DNA from: Nostoc sp. PCC 7120 = FACHB-418
Lineage (GTDB): Bacteria > Cyanobacteriota > Cyanobacteriia > Cyanobacteriales > Nostocaceae
Direction of reading: 5' to 3'
NCBI RefSeq assembly: GCF_000009705.1
Contig: NC_003272.1
Coordinates: 3,330,001-3,362,000, forward strand
Length of the DNA: 32,000 bases
Under the pieces are notes generated by a model. It did no database searches and had not been told where the DNA came from. It saw nothing but the letters and a program-made list of their open reading frames with translations. Positions 1-8,049 of this stretch are shown here, piece by piece; positions within the stretch are counted from its first letter, which is position 1, and each line of letters begins with the position of its first letter. Made by a program: the position numbers and the translations under genes.

Positions 1-1097
1 CTATCGTCAAGATGCGTGCGCCAGGGATGGGCTTCTTTCGGATGCCCTTATTTGTCTGGGCAGTATTTAGCGCTCAAATTATCCAATTGTTTGGCTTACC
101 AGCCCTGACAGCAGGCGCAGTCATGCTGTTGTTGGACATTACCGTGGGGACTAGCTTTTTTGACCCTAGCAAGGGCGGAAATCCAGTCATGTTCCAACAT
201 TATTTCTGGTTCTATTCCCACCCGGCTGTTTACGTGATTATTCTGCCCATCTTCGGTATCTTCTCAGAAATCTTTCCCGTCTACTCTCGTAAACCATTGT
301 TTGGTTACAAGGTAGTGGCAATTTCTTCCATGTTAATTGCCGTAGTTAGCGCCATTGTTTGGGTACACCACTTATACGTCAGTGGTACACCTGCTTGGAT
401 GCGGATGTTTTTCATGCTGACGACGATGTTAGTATCCGTTCCCACAGGTATTAAGGTATTTGCTTGGGTTGCAACTATCTGGGGCGGAAAAATTCGACTC
501 AACACCCCCATGCTGTTCGCTTTGGGTGGACTAATTTTATTCGTCTTCGCCGGTATTGTCGGCATCATGCTTTCTTCTGTACCTGTTGATGTCCACGTCA
601 ACAATACCTACTTTGTCGTCGGACACTTCCACTACGTCCTGTTCGGAACCGTGACGATGGGTATGTATGCTGCTATCTATCACTGGTTCCCCAAAATGAC
701 CGGCAGAATGTACTACGAAGGCTGGGGTAAACTACACTTCTGGTTGACATTCATCGGTACTAACCTCAACTTCTTCCCCATGCACCCCTTAGGTTTACAA
801 GGGATGTTACGGCGAGTTTCTTCCTACGCACCAGAATATGAAGGCTGGAATATCGTTGCTAGTCTTGGTGCATTCTTGTTAGGTATGTCTACTTTGCCCT
901 TCATCTTCAATATGGTGGTTTCTTGGATGCACGGTGAGAAAGCACCAGATAATCCTTGGCGCGCTATTGGTTTGGAGTGGTTGGTAGCTTCTCCTCCACC
1001 TGTAGAAAACTTTGAAGAAATCCCCGTTGTGATTTCTGAACCCTACGGTTATGGCAAATCAGAACCATTGACGGCGGAAAGGGGTATGGGGGTATAG
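1..1097 (+). CDS. ctaD: cytochrome c oxidase subunit I, C-terminal part (5' end lies outside the window)
   Basis: The frame of ORF 12..1097 stays open back to the window edge (IVK precedes M12). The translation shows heme-copper oxidase subunit I signatures (HPAVYVIILP, WVHHLYVSG, GHFHYVLFG, many TM helices). A subunit III gene follows on the same strand. Confidence 0.95.
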   Translation, partial: IVKMRAPGMGFFRMPLFVWAVFSAQIIQLFGLPALTAGAVMLLLDITVGTSFFDPSKGGNPVMFQHYFWFYSHPAVYVIILPIFGIFSEIFPVYSRKPLFGYKVVAISSMLIAVVSAIVWVHHLYVSGTPAWMRMFFMLTTMLVSVPTGIKVFAWVATIWGGKIRLNTPMLFALGGLILFVFAGIVGIMLSSVPVDVHVNNTYFVVGHFHYVLFGTVTMGMYAAIYHWFPKMTGRMYYEGWGKLHFWLTFIGTNLNFFPMHPLGLQGMLRRVSSYAPEYEGWNIVASLGAFLLGMSTLPFIFNMVVSWMHGEKAPDNPWRAIGLEWLVASPPPVENFEEIPVVISEPYGYGKSEPLTAERGMGV

Positions 1098-1124
1098 GGG
1101 TATAGGGGTATAGGGGTATAGGGG
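1080..1124. repeat. tandem octamer array (A/G)GGGGTAT, about 5.6 units
   Basis: Read directly: aggggtat gggggtat aggggtat aggggtat aggggtat agggg. The last five ctaD codons (R-G-M-G-V) and its TAG stop (1095-1097) lie inside the array. Confidence 0.95.
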
Positions 1125-1166
1125 AAAGACTAAAAGTAAATTCTTCCCTCACCCCCCCCTACACCC

Positions 1167-1535
1167 CTATTTCTCTAATGAGCGAATCAGAAATAATAAG
1201 AGCTTACTGACTGATTCGCATTGATGGAAAACAGGATTAATAATGTCCGATGGAGCTAGTTCAACACGAAGCGACAATAATAAATGTGTTTCTAGCTCTT
1301 TTAAAGAACCTTGGGCAATGTACAAAAATTGCACATACTCCCCTCGCGTTCTTCGTCCGTAGCCTTCCGCAATATTAGCTGGAATTGATGCAGCAGAGCG
1401 CCGAATTTGTGAAATCATTCCGTAGGTTTCTTCTTTGGGAAATGCTTTTGTTGCTTTGTAGCAAGATTATGCAAGATTCATTCCCTCTTGCCAAACCTTC
1501 AAATCTCGATATGACTGCATCAAAGGCTCTTTCAT
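1167..1535 (-). pseudogene. four-helix-bundle protein (23S rRNA intervening-sequence protein / Avd-like family) interrupted by an in-frame TAA
   Basis: ORF 1167..1418 translates to ...SQIRRSAASIPANIAEGYGRRTRGEYVQFLYIAQGSLKELETHL..., typical of this family. The same frame continues upstream as MKEPLMQSYRDLKVWQEGMNLA*SCYKATKAFPKEETYG, the expected N-terminal helix, broken only by a TAA at 1467-1469 (minus strand). Confidence 0.75.
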
Positions 1536-1595
1536 TCAATGAATTTTGATTTGTTATATCTCAGATTCAATGAAATTGCCTAGCTTTTCTCAAGT

Positions 1596-1631
1596 CTTTA
1601 CACCCTTACACCCATATAACCCTACACCCCT
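1596..1631. repeat. C-rich arm (CCCTTACAC / CCCTACACC units), complementary in character to the 1080-1124 G-rich array
   Basis: The sequence ctttacacccttacacccatataaccctacaccccta ends one base before the ctaE ATG. It closely matches the internal arm of the MITE copy at 15326-15370 (acacccttacacccatata shared). A second C-rich block lies at 1146-1169. Confidence 0.8.
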
Positions 1632-2234
1632 ATGGATAGTTCTTTATCTCATAATGAAGGTCATGAAATCAGCCATGAACATGGACATGATGAAGAAGGC
1701 AATAAAATGTTCGGCTTTATTGTCTTTTTACTATCTGAAAGCGTCATTTTCTTGAGCTTTTTCGCCGGATATATTGTCTACAAAACAACTACTCCTAACT
1801 GGCTACCAGTTGGTGTGGAGGGGTTAGAAGTTAGAGACCCAGCCATCAATACAGTAGTATTGGTTGCTAGTAGCTTTGTGATTTATTTTGCAGAACTCGC
1901 CCTAAAACGCCAAAATTTGCGGTTATTCCGCATCTTTTTGTCAGCAACAATGGCAATGGGTAGCTACTTTTTGGTAGGACAAGCCATTGAATGGAGTCAT
2001 TTAGAGTTTGGCTTTACTTCTGGCGTATATGGTGGAATGTTCTATCTGTTAACAGGGTTCCACGGTTTGCACGTTTTTACAGGTATCTTGTTACAGTTTA
2101 TTATTCTTGTGCGATCGCTCATTCCTGGTAACTACGATACAGGTCACTTCGGCGTAAACGCAACTTCTTTGTTTTGGCACTTCGTCGATGTCATCTGGAT
2201 TATTTTGTTTATCCTTATCTACATCTGGCAGTAG
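1632..2234 (+). CDS. ctaE: cytochrome c oxidase subunit III
   Basis: 200-aa ORF with a His-rich N-terminus followed by TM helices. The motifs (FHGLHVFTG, LFWHFVDVIW) are typical of subunit III, and it lies downstream of ctaD. Confidence 0.92.
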   Translation: MDSSLSHNEGHEISHEHGHDEEGNKMFGFIVFLLSESVIFLSFFAGYIVYKTTTPNWLPVGVEGLEVRDPAINTVVLVASSFVIYFAELALKRQNLRLFRIFLSATMAMGSYFLVGQAIEWSHLEFGFTSGVYGGMFYLLTGFHGLHVFTGILLQFIILVRSLIPGNYDTGHFGVNATSLFWHFVDVIWIILFILIYIWQ

Positions 2235-2280
2235 CACCAAACTCAATCCCTACCAGTACTTACAAAAAGTAACCAATTCA

Positions 2281-2313
2281 GCAGAGCCAACCCATACACT
2301 GGCTCTGCTTTAT
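2281..2313 (+). terminator. rho-independent terminator after ctaE
   Basis: A 9-bp perfect stem (gcagagcca at 2281-2289 pairs with tggctctgc at 2300-2308) with a 10-nt loop, followed by tttat. Confidence 0.75.
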
Positions 2314-2408
2314 GCCTGTAAAATCACATTAGCCTAACCTCTTACATATTAAGGGTTTGATTCATCTGCAAAAAATCTCGCCATCATTAGGGTTTTTTAG
2401 TAAATATA

Positions 2409-2424
2409 TAGTACAATTGTACTA
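2409..2424. promoter_or_regulatory. candidate LexA box (perfect 16-bp palindrome TAGTACAATTGTACTA)
   Basis: The core AGTACAATTGTACT fits the published cyanobacterial LexA consensus RGTACNNNDGTWCB at every position. It ends 60 nt upstream of the ATG at 2484 and overlaps an A/T-rich TATATA stretch. Confidence 0.5.
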
Positions 2425-2483
2425 AGCAGGCTTTAAGCCTGGGCGATCGCCTACTAGAAAAACCCTACTGTGAGATCATTACT

Positions 2484-3116
2484 ATGATGACACCAATGCA
2501 GGGTGTAGCTGCAACACCAATTAACTCACACCAGTTTGAGCCATACACTAAAGAAAATTCTGAAGCAAACGCAGATTTTTCCTTTCAAACCCTTGCTGAT
2601 GTCACCAAGGCAATTTTAAATCACGCTTTTTGGTTAGCTGAACAAAAACAAAATCTTTCCTTAAAAGAGTATAAAAAACTACTTTACAATCAAGGTTGGC
2701 AAGGAGAGGAAAAGAAATACCTCAAGATTGCTGCTACCTTTGGCAAGTTTGAACCACAAGACTTTGCTCAAGTTGAGCCAAGAACAATATATCAATTAGC
2801 AGAAAGAAATAAGCAGTATCAAAAAGTTATAGATAGACTGTTAGATTTAAGTGTGATTAACCAAGAAACGGTACGCACATTAATTCAAAAACAGCGTACC
2901 CCTAGAGCAGATAGACCGAAAAAACCGAGTATTTGGCGGCGCTTAAAGAATGGTGGGAGATATTGCCAAATTCCCCCAATCCACGAAGCCTCAGAACAAA
3001 CTGGGACAACACTGCAAAGAATGATGGATGAGGAAGGATTAAGCGCCCAACAAATCGTAGCAGAAGCGATCGCTCTCCGCCAAGCCTATAAAGAAGGGCA
3101 ACTGACAATTTCCTGA
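2484..3116 (+). CDS. hypothetical protein (210 aa), function unknown
   Basis: Long ORF with normal composition, its own upstream palindrome and a downstream hairpin. I recognise no family. The basic central segment (RTPRADRPKKPSIWRRLKNGGR) hints at nucleic-acid binding, which is inference only. Confidence 0.7.
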   Translation: MMTPMQGVAATPINSHQFEPYTKENSEANADFSFQTLADVTKAILNHAFWLAEQKQNLSLKEYKKLLYNQGWQGEEKKYLKIAATFGKFEPQDFAQVEPRTIYQLAERNKQYQKVIDRLLDLSVINQETVRTLIQKQRTPRADRPKKPSIWRRLKNGGRYCQIPPIHEASEQTGTTLQRMMDEEGLSAQQIVAEAIALRQAYKEGQLTIS

Positions 3117-3124
3117 AAACAGAT

Positions 3125-3161
3125 AAGTGCTGAATGGGCTAACGCGCCGCATTCAGCACTT
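3125..3161. terminator. bidirectional hairpin between convergent genes
   Basis: A 12-bp perfect stem (aagtgctgaatg at 3125-3136 pairs with cattcagcactt at 3150-3161). On the minus strand it is followed by a T-run (ctgttttcag). Confidence 0.65.
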
Positions 3162-3166
3162 ACTAC

Positions 3167-3808
3167 TTACTTAATAGGATTTGCTGGTACTGGTTGAGTT
3201 TCAAAAGTAGGGTTGAACTGTGTCCCTGGTTGTTGATTTGGTAAAGTTGATGGAGGAGTAAATCCGCTAATGCGATCGCTGCCATCAATACAAGTATCCA
3301 GGGCCACATTAGGAGCCAGAGATATTTCACTACGCAACCCGACAACACACTGAGCAAAACGCATAGGTAATAAACTACGACCACAGTAGTTCAATACATC
3401 TGGATTAACCGCACCTTCAGTATTTTTACTTAGCGCAACTACACAAGTAGCTACATCCTTCGGCTGTCTGGCCCGTCTACAGCCAGACAGAGCATCTACA
3501 GCAGGTATCTGCGTATTTTTGCTAATATCAACCACACAAGCAGATAAATCTGTTGGACGTAATGCCGTAGCACAGCCTTCGGCTGCTGCTTGTGCAGTCA
3601 CACCCACACTGATGAGCCTACCTGCACAGGCACGATAATCATTGCTGTAAGAAGCAGTCACAGCCACACTGGGGATACTTATTCCCAAAAGCCCAGCTAT
3701 AGCCAGAACTGGTGTTGTCAAACCCATGAGACGAGTTTTGAGAGCTAATTTGTGTTCTTCCAACCCAAAAACCTGTTTTCTGCACATTGCCGTTCTCCAA
3801 ACACCCAA
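3167..3808 (-). CDS. secreted cysteine-repeat protein, function unknown. The start is probably the internal ATG at 3727 (MGLTTPVLAIAGLLG... signal-like peptide).
   Basis: A signal-peptide-like hydrophobic segment is followed by four ~32-aa repeats, each with two Cys (e.g. ACVVDISKNTQIPAVDALSGC, TCVVALSKNTEGAVNPDVLNYC, QCVVGLRSEISLAPNVALDTC). The tail is Pro/Gln-rich. Confidence 0.7.
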   Translation of the reverse strand: MGVWRTAMCRKQVFGLEEHKLALKTRLMGLTTPVLAIAGLLGISIPSVAVTASYSNDYRACAGRLISVGVTAQAAAEGCATALRPTDLSACVVDISKNTQIPAVDALSGCRRARQPKDVATCVVALSKNTEGAVNPDVLNYCGRSLLPMRFAQCVVGLRSEISLAPNVALDTCIDGSDRISGFTPPSTLPNQQPGTQFNPTFETQPVPANPIK

Positions 3809-3974
3809 AGTTATGCTAACTCAAATGTGCAGCGAATCTTCGGACAATCAGGTAAAACAGCAAATATAAAATAAAATTTTGCTGATTTGATCAATGATTT
3901 TTGCATTTGTGATTTCCAGGTACTTATAATAGTATGTCTGGGTAAAATTAAACAGGATTAAATTAAGGAAACTC

Positions 3975-4583
3975 ATGTCCCGATATCGAGGGCCACGTCT
4001 TAGAATTGTACGTCGCTTGGGCGATTTGCCAGGATTAACTCGTAAGAGCGCTAGACGCGCTTATCCACCAGGTCAGCATGGTCAGAACCGCAAGAAGCGC
4101 TCTGAGTATGCTATCCGTCTAGAAGAAAAGCAAAAACTGCGTTTAAACTACGGTTTGACTGAAAAGCAACTGTTACGCTATGTGCGTCGCGCTAGACGTG
4201 TAACTGGTTCTACCGGACAAGTGCTGCTGCAACTGTTAGAAATGCGCTTGGATAATACGGTTTTTCGTTTGGGTATGGCTCCCACAATTCCAGCCGCTCG
4301 TCAGCTGGTAAATCATGGTCATGTCACAGTTAACGGTCGCGTGGTCAACATTGCCAGCTACCAATGCCGTCCTGGCGAAGAAATTGCTGTCAGAGACAAA
4401 GCACCATCACGGAAATTGGTAGAAAATAACCTACAATATCCGGGTTTAGCTAACCTCCCCAGCCATTTAGAGTTTGATAAAAACAAGTTGGTTGGTAAGG
4501 TTAACAGTGTTATCGAACGTGAATGGGTGGCGCTGCAAGTTAACGAACTGCTAGTTGTGGAATACTACTCCCGACAAGCGTAA
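3975..4583 (+). CDS. rpsD: 30S ribosomal protein S4
   Basis: [16 protein letters not shown]... is the canonical S4 N-terminus, the length is 202 aa, and an S4 RNA-binding domain is present ([24 protein letters not shown]). Confidence 0.97.
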   Translation: MSRYRGPRLRIVRRLGDLPGLTRKSARRAYPPGQHGQNRKKRSEYAIRLEEKQKLRLNYGLTEKQLLRYVRRARRVTGSTGQVLLQLLEMRLDNTVFRLGMAPTIPAARQLVNHGHVTVNGRVVNIASYQCRPGEEIAVRDKAPSRKLVENNLQYPGLANLPSHLEFDKNKLVGKVNSVIEREWVALQVNELLVVEYYSRQA

Positions 4584-4589
4584 CGAACT

Positions 4590-4630
4590 CCCGCCGCCAA
4601 CTGCCTTAGCAGCACGGCGCGGGCTTTTCC
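4590..4630 (+). terminator. probable terminator after rpsD (imperfect GC-rich hairpin plus T-run)
   Basis: The sequence cccgccgcc..ctgc ctta gcag..cggcgcggg is followed by cttttcc. The stem is imperfect. Two further hairpins follow (ttgaggtc/gacctcaa near 4661-4688 and gccgcttattggcaa/ttgccaatttagcggc near 4729-4775). Confidence 0.45.
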
Positions 4631-5094
4631 GATTTATTTCTCACTGGCATATTTTTATCTTGAGGTCTTCATCAGCAACGACCTCAAAATATTTACAGGG
4701 CGTTTGCCTACCTGATGATGAAAATAATGCCGCTTATTGGCAATTGTGTGATCATCCTTTGCCAATTTAGCGGCTTGTATAGAAAATCCTCATCAAGTAA
4801 ATTATCTGAATATTTTTGCACCAAGACCAATAGCTCATCATCTACCCTGGGCAGAACACTATCGCCTGCATGATGCTTTTATCTACAGCCATGTTTTAAC
4901 AAGTACAGCATGGTGTAAATAAACATGATGTATTCATTTTAAATTTTTGTAGTGCAGCTTTTCCTTAGGGTATTCCACTTTGTGATACTAGTGTTACGAC
5001 GGCATTTTTTGAGGGAAAAATATATCTAGCTAATTTCCCAGAAACAACCAAACCCTGAAAATTCCTTGGGCTATATATATGTGAGTTAAATCCT

Positions 5095-6141
5095 ATGAAA
5101 AAAGCCATGCAGTGGCTGATTAGTAGAAAAATGTTATTCAGTAGCCAGCTTGTTGTCGTAACTGCGATCGCCTGTATACTTAGTATTGGTTGTCATAATA
5201 GCATTTCTAGTAAAAATCAGCCTCTTGTAAATAAAACCTCATCCCAGCTAGCCACAGACGATATTAGGGTAGTAAGAAGGACGAGGGAAAGACAAGGTAC
5301 AGTGTATGATAATACCTCTGTATCCTCTGTAAGTAGAAATGTTTTACCTAAACTAAAAATCGGACTACTGTCTACCCAAAATTTCACAGAACAACAGCAA
5401 ATCATTAAACCCCTGAATGATTACTTAGAAACCTCCCTGGGACGACAAGTCCATTTTTTCATAGCTAAAGATCACGAAGAAATTATAGAATGGTTGACTC
5501 AAGACAAACTAGACCTTGCTTATTTAGGCTCTGTAGCTTATCTTGAGGCAGTAGATAGGGGTGCAGAAATTCAACCATTAGTGACTTCCATCGACAAACA
5601 TACAGGCCAACCTTGGTATCGAGCTTGTATTATTGTCAAAGCTGATAGTTCTATCAAAACCTTAAAAGACCTCAAAGGCAAGCGCGTTGCTTTTGTAGAT
5701 AAATCATCTACCTCTGGATATCTCATGCCACTAGTAGCTCTTAGTAAACAAAGTATTGATCCTCAAAAGGACTTTAGAACGGTCATCTATGCCGGCAACC
5801 ATAGAAAAAGTATAGCAGCATTAGAAAATGGCTCTGTCGATGCAGCTGCAACTAATGTTTCTTCCTACATCACCTTCAAAAAAAGTGGTAAGCTCACACC
5901 ACAAGACTATAGATTAATTTGGGAATCTGCACCCATCCCTAATTTTCCTATAGTAATATCCCAAAAATTGGCACCAGAATTGATTCAACAGCTAAAGCAA
6001 GTTTTTATTAGTACCCCAGAAGGCATGAAAGATATTTTAGGAGCTGAATCAGCCGGCTATACTCTTGTCGGCCCAGACCACTACGCTCCTATTCAACAAC
6101 TCCGTCAAGAACTCAACTTAACATCCATCCCGAAAAAATGA
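5095..6141 (+). CDS. PhnD-like (phosphate/phosphonate-type) periplasmic substrate-binding protein
   Basis: An N-terminal hydrophobic anchor with a lipobox-like Cys (SIGC) precedes a core resembling PhnD-family binding proteins (LKIGLL..., LDLAYLGSVAYL, LKGKRVAFVDKSSTSGYLMP). Its stop overlaps the kinase start (ATGA at 6138-6141). Confidence 0.75.
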   Translation: MKKAMQWLISRKMLFSSQLVVVTAIACILSIGCHNSISSKNQPLVNKTSSQLATDDIRVVRRTRERQGTVYDNTSVSSVSRNVLPKLKIGLLSTQNFTEQQQIIKPLNDYLETSLGRQVHFFIAKDHEEIIEWLTQDKLDLAYLGSVAYLEAVDRGAEIQPLVTSIDKHTGQPWYRACIIVKADSSIKTLKDLKGKRVAFVDKSSTSGYLMPLVALSKQSIDPQKDFRTVIYAGNHRKSIAALENGSVDAAATNVSSYITFKKSGKLTPQDYRLIWESAPIPNFPIVISQKLAPELIQQLKQVFISTPEGMKDILGAESAGYTLVGPDHYAPIQQLRQELNLTSIPKK

Positions 6142-7913
6142 AAATCTCCACCAAGTTTCTCACAGGTTCTACTATATCTGTCGGACTCATAGTGGCTATT
6201 CTTATCGGCAATACTGTAGTTGTGCAGCAAATTAGGCAGAATGTCCGCGAAAAAAGTTATCAAACTACTCAAACTATAAAGGCCGTTTTAGAAACAAATA
6301 ATACTTTAAAGTCGGAAATAATTGCCCTCAAAGATATTGTTTTATTCAAAACTAAAAGCACACGTACAGAAATACTGCACGCCGAGTTCCTTGATTCCTT
6401 AAATCAAGTAGAACAGTTAATGCCAAATTCACCCGAAATTGCTTTAATTCGTCGGCGGCATCAATTGCTTGACAATATGGCAGTACAATTAACTCAACGT
6501 AGTTCTAGTCCAACATATCTAGAAGATTCTCAGCAGTATTTTAGAGCAATTAATTCTTTTAATCAAGATATTCAGTTATTTCTAGAACAGATAATTCAAC
6601 GTGCTTATCAAGAGCGAATTTTATTAGAGCAAGACTTAGAAAACCTCTACCAAGTACAGAGAATCATCTCTATAGTGGTTGTAGCCGTAATTTTAATGCT
6701 ATTGATTGGGAAATTTATACTCATTTGGCAACCAACAATCAAATCTATACAAAATTTACAGTTAGGTACGGCAGAAATTGCAGCAGGTAATTTTGATTAT
6801 CGCTTAAACATCCACACAGGTGATGAAATTGAAGACTTAGCTCAAGCATTCAATGATATGGCAGTTAAGTTATCCCAATCGCGGGAAACCTTGATGAAAA
6901 ATACTGAGTTAACTAACATGAATCAGCGTTTGGAATTAGAAATTGCCGAACGCAAACAAGCTGAATTAGAATTGCAAAAAGCTTTACAGGAACTACAGCA
7001 AACTCAAGCCCAACTGATTCAAACTGAGAAAATGTCTAGCTTAGGTCAGCTAGTAGCTGGAGTAGCTCATGAAATTAATAATCCAGTTAGTTTTATCTAT
7101 GGCAATATTACTCATGCCAAGGAATATACAGAAAAACTTTTAGAATTAATCCATCTCTATCAACAAGAGTTAACCGAGCCGAGTGCAGTAATTCAAGAAA
7201 AAATTGCAGAAATAGACCTAGAATTTTTACAAGAAGACCTTCCCAAAATCCTCAGTTCAATGAAAATGGGGTCTCAGCGAATTCAACAGATTGTTTTATC
7301 TTTACGCAATTTTTCTCGCCTGGATGAAGCAGAGATGAAAGAGGTAGATATTCATGAAGGCATTGAAAGTACTCTGCTGATTCTACAAAATCGATTTAAG
7401 GCTAAATCGCAATCTTATAATATTGAAATTATTAAGGAATATGGACAATTACCTTTAGTAGAGTGCCATGCAGGACAGTTAAATCAGGTATTTATGAATA
7501 TTATTAATAATGCCGTTGATGCTTTAGAAGGGTCAGTGGTCAGTGGTCAGTGGTCAATTGTAAATGGCAAAACAACTAATAATGAACGACTGACAAATAA
7601 CAGCCCCCAAATTTCAATTCGTACTGAAATAAATAATAATAACCGGGTGGTAATTAGAATCGCTGATAACGGCCCAGGTATTAATCAACTGGTGATGCAA
7701 AAGCTGTTTGACCCGTTTTTCACAACCAAGCCTGTTGGTCAAGGTACGGGGTTGGGTTTATCCATTAGTTACCAAATTGTGGTTGACAAACATTCTGGAG
7801 TGCTACGATGTGAGTCTGAAATAGGCAAAGGAACAGAGTTTTGGATTGAAATTCCTTTACGTCAGGTGCAACCGGAGAAACCAGAACACGGTTTCAGTAC
7901 AATGGAAGTTTAA
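6138..7913 (+). CDS. sensor histidine kinase (TM - HAMP - coiled coil - HisKA - HATPase)
   Basis: HAMP signature (GDEIEDLAQAFNDMAVKL), H-box (LVAGVAHEINNP), N-box (NIINNAVDAL) and G-boxes (DNGPGI, GTGLGLSISY) are all present. Confidence 0.93.
   Translation: MKISTKFLTGSTISVGLIVAILIGNTVVVQQIRQNVREKSYQTTQTIKAVLETNNTLKSEIIALKDIVLFKTKSTRTEILHAEFLDSLNQVEQLMPNSPEIALIRRRHQLLDNMAVQLTQRSSSPTYLEDSQQYFRAINSFNQDIQLFLEQIIQRAYQERILLEQDLENLYQVQRIISIVVVAVILMLLIGKFILIWQPTIKSIQNLQLGTAEIAAGNFDYRLNIHTGDEIEDLAQAFNDMAVKLSQSRETLMKNTELTNMNQRLELEIAERKQAELELQKALQELQQTQAQLIQTEKMSSLGQLVAGVAHEINNPVSFIYGNITHAKEYTEKLLELIHLYQQELTEPSAVIQEKIAEIDLEFLQEDLPKILSSMKMGSQRIQQIVLSLRNFSRLDEAEMKEVDIHEGIESTLLILQNRFKAKSQSYNIEIIKEYGQLPLVECHAGQLNQVFMNIINNAVDALEGSVVSGQWSIVNGKTTNNERLTNNSPQISIRTEINNNNRVVIRIADNGPGINQLVMQKLFDPFFTTKPVGQGTGLGLSISYQIVVDKHSGVLRCESEIGKGTEFWIEIPLRQVQPEKPEHGFSTMEV
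7531..7556 (+). repeat. heptamer array GGTCAGT x3.7 inside the kinase CDS
   Basis: Read directly as ggtcagt ggtcagt ggtcagt ggtca. It translates in frame as VVSGQWS, between the N-box and the G1-box. Confidence 0.9.
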
Positions 7914-7985
7914 AATTTTCTCTCCAAGGATAATTGATTCATAATTATTGAGTGCGGTTAATACTACAGTCTTTAGATTTTAAAA

Positions 7986-8018
7986 ACTGCTCTCGGATGA
8001 AGAAATTCCTAGAGCAGT
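7986..8018. terminator. hairpin between the convergent kinase and 8050..8370 genes
   Basis: An 8-bp stem (actgctct at 7986-7993 pairs with agagcagt at 8011-8018). On the minus strand it is followed by TTTTTA. Confidence 0.55.
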
Positions 8019-8049
8019 AATAAATTAATTCACGTTCGAATTTGATAAC

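Noticed and set aside
1080-1124. The octamer and heptamer tandem arrays (here and at 7531, 10978, 12603, 18228, 18921, 21221, 28879, 29713) might be CRISPR arrays.
   Set aside because: The repeat units are only 7-8 bp and directly abut each other with no spacers, and no cas genes are present. They fit STRR-type microsatellite repeats instead.
964-1152. The minus-strand ORF (PIPLYPYTPIPPYPFPP...) and ORF 1546..1755 (+) were considered as genes.
   Set aside because: Both are translations of the G/C-rich repeat arms and overlap ctaD or ctaE. Their composition is low-complexity and repeat-driven.
1167-1535. The Avd-like four-helix-bundle gene might mark a diversity-generating retroelement.
   Set aside because: The window contains no reverse transcriptase ORF. 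I saw no template/variable repeat pair with adenine-specific differences. The gene itself carries a stop codon. Stand-alone copies of this family are common in cyanobacteria.
8030-8045. A GTTCGAAT T-loop-like motif might indicate a tRNA.
   Set aside because: The surrounding sequence is AT-rich with no acceptor or anticodon stem complementarity. It lies in a terminator region between convergent genes.
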